Origin: a virus
Strand: one strand, 5' to 3'
Virus record (IMG/VR): IMGVR_UViG_3300027509_000003
DNA length: 55,666 nt
Below are positions 51,301 to 55,666 of this stretch, in pieces. A model generated the notes under the pieces. That model saw only the letters and a list, made by a program, of their open reading frames with translations. It had not been told where the DNA came from and did not search any database. The first letter of the stretch is position 1, and every line of letters starts with the position of its first letter. The translations under genes were made by a program, and so were the position numbers.

Positions 51301-51600
51301 CTACGTTTTCGATTCGAGGATCACGCCGGATCGTTCAGCGACGATGAGCCCGGACTCGGTGCGTCGGGTGCCTTCCTGGATTTTCCAGCCGTTGGCTTTG
51401 GCTATTGCCAGGATCGCTTCGTCGGTGTGTTTCTGCCATCGTCGGGCGAGCGGGTTCCAATAGTAGAAATAGCGGTCCTGGGGCATGTAGGTGGGCGCCG
51501 GGATCTTGTCGGTTCTGGTGGTGGTCCTTGACGCGACCGGCGGTTTCCGGTTCGGGTCGCGCTCGCGCTTCTTTTTGGGTTTCCGCCGGCGGTTACTCAT
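51301..51600 (-). CDS. Hypothetical protein with a basic N-terminus
   Basis: 99 aa from ATG 51600 (ATGA overlap). Starts MSNRRRKPKKKRERDPNRK. Confidence 0.55.
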   Translation of the reverse strand: MSNRRRKPKKKRERDPNRKPPVASRTTTRTDKIPAPTYMPQDRYFYYWNPLARRWQKHTDEAILAIAKANGWKIQEGTRRTESGLIVAERSGVILESKT

Positions 51601-51995
51601 GCGTGCTCCAGTGTTGTGCGGGCGTGGACGTGGGCCGGGTGGCTCGTGGCCATCATCCACATCATGTACGCGGCGAAATGTTTCTTGCGGCCCCGGATCG
51701 CGGAGAGCGAGAACGGGTTGTACGGGATGATCCGGTGTGACCAGGCGTCGGTGGCGTCTGTGCGGTCAGCGACGGGCAGGACGTTGCGTGCGAGATCTCC
51801 GGCGGTCGATTTGAGGGCGGCGGCGGCGGCGTTGTCTCTGCTCCCCCATTGTTTGACGGCGGTCTCGAGGCCGTGGCCGGTGATCATCGCTCGGATGACG
51901 GCTTCGTGTGGGACAGCGAGGACTCGTGACGTAGCACAGCATCCGACGCTCACCATGGAATGCGGGCCTTCGCTGCTCATCATCTGATCAGCCAT
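51597..51995 (-). CDS. Hypothetical protein
   Basis: 132 aa with an 8-nt overlap upstream. Confidence 0.55.
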   Translation of the reverse strand: MADQMMSSEGPHSMVSVGCCATSRVLAVPHEAVIRAMITGHGLETAVKQWGSRDNAAAAALKSTAGDLARNVLPVADRTDATDAWSHRIIPYNPFSLSAIRGRKKHFAAYMMWMMATSHPAHVHARTTLEHA

Positions 51996-52356
51996 GGTGG
52001 TCGCCTCCTGGCGGGTACCGGAGCGGGACCGCGGACTCAGCGATCACGTTGGGCTGGCGGATCTGGTTGGTGGCCACGATGGCCATACCAATGATCACTG
52101 AGAAGACCAACGCCACCAGCATTGACACGGCGAACAGGGCCAGGTGCTCGCGCCATGGTGTCCCCCATCCGAACGCGGCGCCGGCGATCAGCGCCGGTTC
52201 GAGCCCGGAACAGAACATGCACGCCGCTTTGAGGCTCCAGAACGGCCGGTATTTGATTCGGTCGCGGTACCCGCGGAACAGGTCCGACTCGACTATCAGC
52301 CATCCGGAAACGACCCACACCGCGGCGGTGGCCAGGACAATCAGCAAAGGGTTCAT
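51988..52356 (-). CDS. Membrane protein
   Basis: 122 aa with three to four hydrophobic segments (LLIVLATAAVWVVSGWLIV, ALIAGAAFGWG, LFAVSMLVALVFSVIIGMAIV). Confidence 0.6.
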   Translation of the reverse strand: MNPLLIVLATAAVWVVSGWLIVESDLFRGYRDRIKYRPFWSLKAACMFCSGLEPALIAGAAFGWGTPWREHLALFAVSMLVALVFSVIIGMAIVATNQIRQPNVIAESAVPLRYPPGGDHHG

Positions 52357-52742
52357 GGCGGCGATGGTATATCACCGCTGCGGTTGACCCGACGTTGACG
52401 GGATCGCAGGTTCCTCGACCGGATCAGACAGTCCGGGTGGTAGAGGCGGGTCACTGGTGCGTCCGCAGGGAGCGCCTGATCGCAGTCGTCAGCCTGGCAG
52501 CGTCGCGGCGCCGCGGCTTTGCGGGCTGATCGTTGCTGGTGGGTGAGGCCGCCCCATACGCCGTACGGGACGGTGGGATGCCCGCCGACGTGGATCACCG
52601 CAGCTGCGCACCGCTGCTTCATCCAGGCGGGGCACACAGAGCAACACGCCTGGATGAACGCTGCGGTAGCGGTCGGGTCACCGTCGAGGGTTTGTTGCCA
52701 CATCGCCGCGTGGCCACGACACGGCGGTTCTGGTTCGCCCAC
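52353..52742 (-). CDS. whiB: WhiB-family Fe-S transcription factor-like protein
   Basis: 129 aa from GTG 52742. Cys at PPCRG and ACCSVCPAWMKQRC, plus the hallmark GVWGGLTHQQR turn. Confidence 0.65.
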   Translation of the reverse strand: MGEPEPPCRGHAAMWQQTLDGDPTATAAFIQACCSVCPAWMKQRCAAAVIHVGGHPTVPYGVWGGLTHQQRSARKAAAPRRCQADDCDQALPADAPVTRLYHPDCLIRSRNLRSRQRRVNRSGDIPSPP

Positions 52743-52767
52743 GTTCCCCTAACCGGCCCGGGTGGGG

Positions 52768-53109
52768 TCAGCTGTTATCCCAGTCTTCGATCGAGTCGGT
52801 CGTGGCCTGCTCGAGGTTGATCTCGTCGCCGTCGGTGTCAACCAGGCGAAGGTTCCCCGATTGTTCTTCCTCAGCCCGCAGAACCATGTCCTGGATTTGG
52901 GCGAAGCTCTTGGACGCGGGATCGACAATGGTCAGCGTCTGCAGCGTGATGGACTGATAGTCGACCTCGCCGCTGTTCTTTGTGGCTTTGGTGCCTTTGT
53001 CAGCTACCGAACCTTTGGCGAGGATGTAAACCTCGTCGTGAAGGTCGTGGACGTCAGCGACGGCGGCGGATCCGGCAAACCGGGTTCTGATGGCATTTGG
53101 TGTTGTCAT
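52768..53109 (-). CDS. Hypothetical protein with an acidic C-terminal tip
   Basis: 113 aa. The ATG lies 8 nt after a TATAGT box. It is the first gene after the ori and terminator. Its tail DSIEDWDNS is reminiscent of SSB-type acidic tips, but that is speculative. Confidence 0.55.
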   Translation of the reverse strand: MTTPNAIRTRFAGSAAVADVHDLHDEVYILAKGSVADKGTKATKNSGEVDYQSITLQTLTIVDPASKSFAQIQDMVLRAEEEQSGNLRLVDTDGDEINLEQATTDSIEDWDNS

Positions 53110-53123
53110 GGAAACGGACTATA
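53110..53123 (-). promoter_or_regulatory. Leaderless-type -10 box TATAGT-N8-ATG
   Basis: The minus strand reads GGTCTATAGTCCGTTTCCATG. The -10 is at 53118-53123, directly downstream of the terminator. Confidence 0.5.
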
Positions 53124-53137
53124 GACCGTCACAACCC

Positions 53138-53182
53138 AAAACGGTAACGACCCTTCACCTGGCTGGCAGGCGAAGGGTCGTT
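53138..53182 (-). terminator. Rho-independent-type terminator of the replication/recombination operon
   Basis: An 11-bp stem, AACGACCCTTC (53146-53156) with GAAGGGTCGTT (53172-53182), and a 15-nt loop. ACCGTTTTGGG follows on the minus strand. Confidence 0.6.
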
Positions 53183-53238
53183 ATCTTTGGCGCACAATTG
53201 CCGGTTGGAAGGAATCCGATCAGGACTCTACCACAAGT

Positions 53239-53856
53239 TCAGCGAAGGTCCTTTCGGTCATTCCACGGGTCTGGGCTGTCGTCGGTCGCGGCGGCTGCTT
53301 TCGCGCCGGCCGCCGCCAAGCGGTCCTGAGCCTCTCGGAGGTTCGCCAAATTGGCGTTGCGGTCCTCGCGGCTCAACAACCGCGGGGGGTCCGTATCGCT
53401 CCCCAAAGGTTCTTTATGGTTGTTTACGGATTGGGGGTGCGTTTGGTACCCCCCGCTCGGTGCATTTTGTACCCCCCGCTCGTGACCATTTGTACCCCCC
53501 GCTACTGCCCGGGGGGTGTGATTTGTACCCCCCGGGCCAGACGTCCATATGACCCCGGGCCCGTACTTGTGCAACGGCAGGATCGTGTACAAATTGGGGC
53601 GCCGATCAACCGGTATTCTGGTGTCCGGGGCGCCGTTCGGGACGACGTGCAGCAGCCCCACGTCTTGCATCTTCCGAATGAGTTTCTTCACCGTCTGATG
53701 GTGCATCTGGGTCTCATCAGCGATCAGCTGGTGAGACGGGTACGCGGTGGCGCTATCGCCGTTGACGTGGTTCGCGATGGACAACAGCACCAGGCGTTGC
53801 CCGTTGGCGGTGTGCCGGTCATTGTCGAGGACCCACGCCATAGCCTGAATACTCAT
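53239..53856 (-). CDS. Replication initiator-like winged-HTH protein (lambda O-like organisation)
   Basis: 205 aa. The N-terminal AMAWVLDN..RLVLLSIANHVNGDSATAYPSHQLIADETQMHHQTVKKLIRKMQDVGLLHV fits the HTH_36/initiator pattern. The gene contains four iterons. Confidence 0.55.
   Translation of the reverse strand: MSIQAMAWVLDNDRHTANGQRLVLLSIANHVNGDSATAYPSHQLIADETQMHHQTVKKLIRKMQDVGLLHVVPNGAPDTRIPVDRRPNLYTILPLHKYGPGVIWTSGPGGTNHTPRAVAGGTNGHERGVQNAPSGGYQTHPQSVNNHKEPLGSDTDPPRLLSREDRNANLANLREAQDRLAAAGAKAAAATDDSPDPWNDRKDLR
53442..53537. repeat. Putative origin of replication: four iterons plus an 11-bp inverted repeat
   Basis: TT(T/G)GTACCCCCCG units with (T/G)GTAC starting at 53445, 53468, 53491 and 53524 (spacings 23, 23 and 33 bp). 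GCCCGGGGGGT-N9-ACCCCCCGGGC at 53507-53537. The units encode a repeated GGTN in the initiator protein. Confidence 0.6.
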
Positions 53857-53975
53857 TCCGCCACCACCACCGGCGCCGGCTGCGGTGTCAGCGGGTCAGG
53901 GATCGTGACCAGCGACGCGATAGCGACCGCCGCCAATACCATCCACAGGACCGTTGTCCACGTTCGGTCGGTCAC
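53853..53975 (-). CDS. 40-aa membrane peptide
   Basis: GTG 53975 (GTGA overlap) running to an ATGA overlap at 53853. VTDRTWTTVLWMVLAAVAIASLVTIPDPL. Confidence 0.4.
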   Translation of the reverse strand: MTDRTWTTVLWMVLAAVAIASLVTIPDPLTPQPAPVVVAE

Positions 53976-54379
53976 TTTGCCAGCTCCACCGACGTGGTGA
54001 AATCGCGGATCGTGACCCGGTTCCCCCACCACGACTGCACGATTCGATCGATTGTCCCGTCGATGATGATCCACGCTCCGATCCCGCCGTCCATGTTCGG
54101 CATCGCTACCCGGGCAACCAGTTCATCAGAGGTAGCGCCGCGGGCTTTGACCCGCGCTGCACGAACCCATTGCCGGTCCGGCGAAATTTCGTAGCCCGGT
54201 GATGGGACCGTCGCGCAACACACCAACTGCGGGCGGTCCGGGCCGAACCGGGCGCGCATCGCCCGGTTCGGCATCAGGAACGTCACCTCCGTTTGTCCGG
54301 CGTCCATGCTGCATCGCCGCATGAAATTCGTTAGCGCCCGGTGTCGGGCCTCCTGGTCCTGTGTCCTCGGCGCAGCCAT
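53972..54379 (-). CDS. Hypothetical protein downstream of recT
   Basis: 135 aa from ATG 54379 (TGATG overlap with the recT stop). The ORF is open to 54394. Confidence 0.55.
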   Translation of the reverse strand: MAAPRTQDQEARHRALTNFMRRCSMDAGQTEVTFLMPNRAMRARFGPDRPQLVCCATVPSPGYEISPDRQWVRAARVKARGATSDELVARVAMPNMDGGIGAWIIIDGTIDRIVQSWWGNRVTIRDFTTSVELAK

Positions 54380-55656
54380 CAGACCAGTTCCCATCCCATG
54401 TCAGTGAGCGTGAACCGCGAACCGCGAGTCAACACGTCCTCGACCGATTCGACAGTCAGGCTGACGTGATCGGCGATCAGCTGCGCTTTGAGCGGCCGGC
54501 CGGCGCCGCGCATGTACTCCACCAGTTGATCGGTCAGGGACCCTTCCGTTGGCGGCGCCGGCGGTTCTGGCTGCCCAGCCAGCAGGCCGTCAGCCGGCTT
54601 GTCACCGGGTTGGGAATCATCCTCGACCGATTCCGGCTCGAGGACCTCGCTGTCGACGTAATCCACAGCGTCCACAGGTTTGCCCACACCCGCAGATGCC
54701 GCACCGTCGGGGTTCCTGCGGTCATCGATCGACGCCCGCAGGATGTTCTGGTTCAGCTTTGACAACAACGCCGGGTCAGCGTCAGCGTTGATGTCAGCAA
54801 ACCCGTTGGGGTATTGATGATCCCCAGACGGGAATTTCAACCGGCGCAGCCAAGCATCGACCCGCCCCTGGGACGCCTCAGACAGTTTCGGGTACTCATC
54901 GCTGATCGTGCGCCACAACGCCGCTGAGGCGTCCACGTCGTTGGTGGCCCGGTACAGGTCCACCTCCACCGATTCGATGGTGTGGTCATCCCCGTCGAGT
55001 TCCTCCGGGGTGTAGCCCAACCCCATCATCACATCTTGAAACAGCATCCGGGACAGCGCTGTGAGCGCCCGGGCGTAACACATCGCCATTGGGTACTTCC
55101 GCCAGTTGTCCTTCTGCAAAAGTTCAGCCCGGCGGGCGTCATCGATGGTGAATGACACGTCGCTGACTTCGCCGGTGTCGCGGCGGGTCCCGACGATCAG
55201 GCAACCGTGAGATGTAGCGCTGACCTTGAGGACGTGACCGGCCTGGCGGATCTTCGCTCCGATCGCTTCTGCCGCAAAGCTGGGCTTGCCGTCCACGACG
55301 TAGATCCATCGCATGGACACGGTCAATGGCCACCCCTGCTCGGCGCCGGTCAACCCGGCCAGGATGATGTCATTGGGTTTGCCCCGGTACGCCTTGGGTA
55401 CCAGCGACGAGTTGGCGATGGCGTTAGCCATCTCTGCCAATTCACCGAATGATTGCGGCGGACGCTGCAACGGTGAACTGTTCGGGTTGTGGAACTTCAC
55501 CATCTCCATGCCCGGCACGACCGCTGCGGGGTCCGTGGCCGCCGTTTCCGGGGTCGGGGGCAGTGTCGGTGCCGGTTCGGTGGTTGCGTCGATCTCCGGC
55601 GATCCTGCGGCGTTCACGGGTTCAGTCGTTGGTTCTGTGGTGGTCATGGTCATCAC
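54379..55656 (-). CDS. recT: RecT-family single-strand annealing recombinase with a long C-terminal extension
   Basis: 425 aa. IANSSLVPKAYRGKPNDIILAGLTGAEQGWP..YVVDGKPSF and NWRKYPMAMCYARALTALSRMLFQDVMMGLGYTPEEL are RecT core motifs. An acidic C-terminal extension of well over 100 aa follows. The start overlaps the Gam-like stop. Confidence 0.8.
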   Translation of the reverse strand: MMTMTTTEPTTEPVNAAGSPEIDATTEPAPTLPPTPETAATDPAAVVPGMEMVKFHNPNSSPLQRPPQSFGELAEMANAIANSSLVPKAYRGKPNDIILAGLTGAEQGWPLTVSMRWIYVVDGKPSFAAEAIGAKIRQAGHVLKVSATSHGCLIVGTRRDTGEVSDVSFTIDDARRAELLQKDNWRKYPMAMCYARALTALSRMLFQDVMMGLGYTPEELDGDDHTIESVEVDLYRATNDVDASAALWRTISDEYPKLSEASQGRVDAWLRRLKFPSGDHQYPNGFADINADADPALLSKLNQNILRASIDDRRNPDGAASAGVGKPVDAVDYVDSEVLEPESVEDDSQPGDKPADGLLAGQPEPPAPPTEGSLTDQLVEYMRGAGRPLKAQLIADHVSLTVESVEDVLTRGSRFTLTDMGWELV

Positions 55657-55666
55657 GCGCCCTTCA
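55540..55666. repeat. Terminal direct repeat copy 2
   Basis: Identical to 1..127. Confidence 0.9.

Larger units (their letters stand above)
1..55666. mobile_element. Complete tailed dsDNA phage genome (actinophage-like, siphovirus-type gene order), circularly closed assembly
   Basis: The packaging, head, tail, lysis, recombination and replication modules are each present once. The window ends overlap by 127 identical bp. WhiB-like genes, high GC and leaderless-type promoters suggest an actinobacterial host. Confidence 0.85.

Noticed and set aside
53442-53537. Short direct repeats that could be mistaken for a CRISPR array.
   Set aside because: The repeat units are only 13-16 bp with 23-33 bp periodicity. 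They lie inside a coding sequence and no cas genes are present. Iterons of an origin are the better explanation.

Overview
The window is one complete, GC-rich tailed-phage genome assembled as a closed circle. Bases 1-127 are repeated exactly at 55540-55666, leaving about 55.5 kb of unique sequence. I count roughly 95 tightly packed genes, and all but three are on the minus strand. Many are translationally coupled through ATGA, GTGA or TGATG stop-start overlaps. Reading the minus strand from high to low coordinates and wrapping through the junction, the order is as follows. (1) A replication initiator with iterons inside its own gene (53.9-53.2 kb). (2) About 35 small early genes in short, mostly leaderless transcription units (53.1-39.1 kb), including two WhiB-like proteins, two DnaJ-type zinc-finger proteins, ASCH, HTH and RHH proteins and membrane proteins. 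(3) A ParB-fused SPPY DNA methyltransferase. (4) Terminase small and large subunits. (5) A minimal protein-kinase-like gene. (6) A second ParB-like protein. (7) Portal, MuF, a scaffold-like protein and the prohead protease. (8) An unusually large head module (25.3-15.0 kb). (9) A head-tail adaptor-like protein, a neck protein and a tail-tube candidate. (10) G/GT chaperones with a -1 frameshift, a 998-aa tape measure and tail-tip proteins. (11) Two holin-like proteins plus an amidase endolysin. (12) RusA on the plus strand, then a recombination operon of HTH protein, SF1 helicase, Gam-like protein and RecT. I recognised no integrase, repressor, DNA polymerase, primase, tRNA or CRISPR array. WhiB-like genes and leaderless promoters point to an actinobacterial host. 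The most unusual observations are: (a) strong cysteine enrichment confined to the outer virion proteins; (b) about 8 kb of unknown genes between the capsid genes and the adaptor, arranged as HeH/SAP-motif protein plus Cys-rich protein sets; (c) a repeated TATA-C6-TATA promoter core placing the -10 box 6-8 nt from start codons; (d) a hairpin cassette duplicated exactly 760 bp apart; (e) a kinase-like gene followed by a small domain that is paralogous to a plus-strand moron. No similarity search was possible. All functional calls rest on motifs read in the translations, gene order and remembered family signatures.
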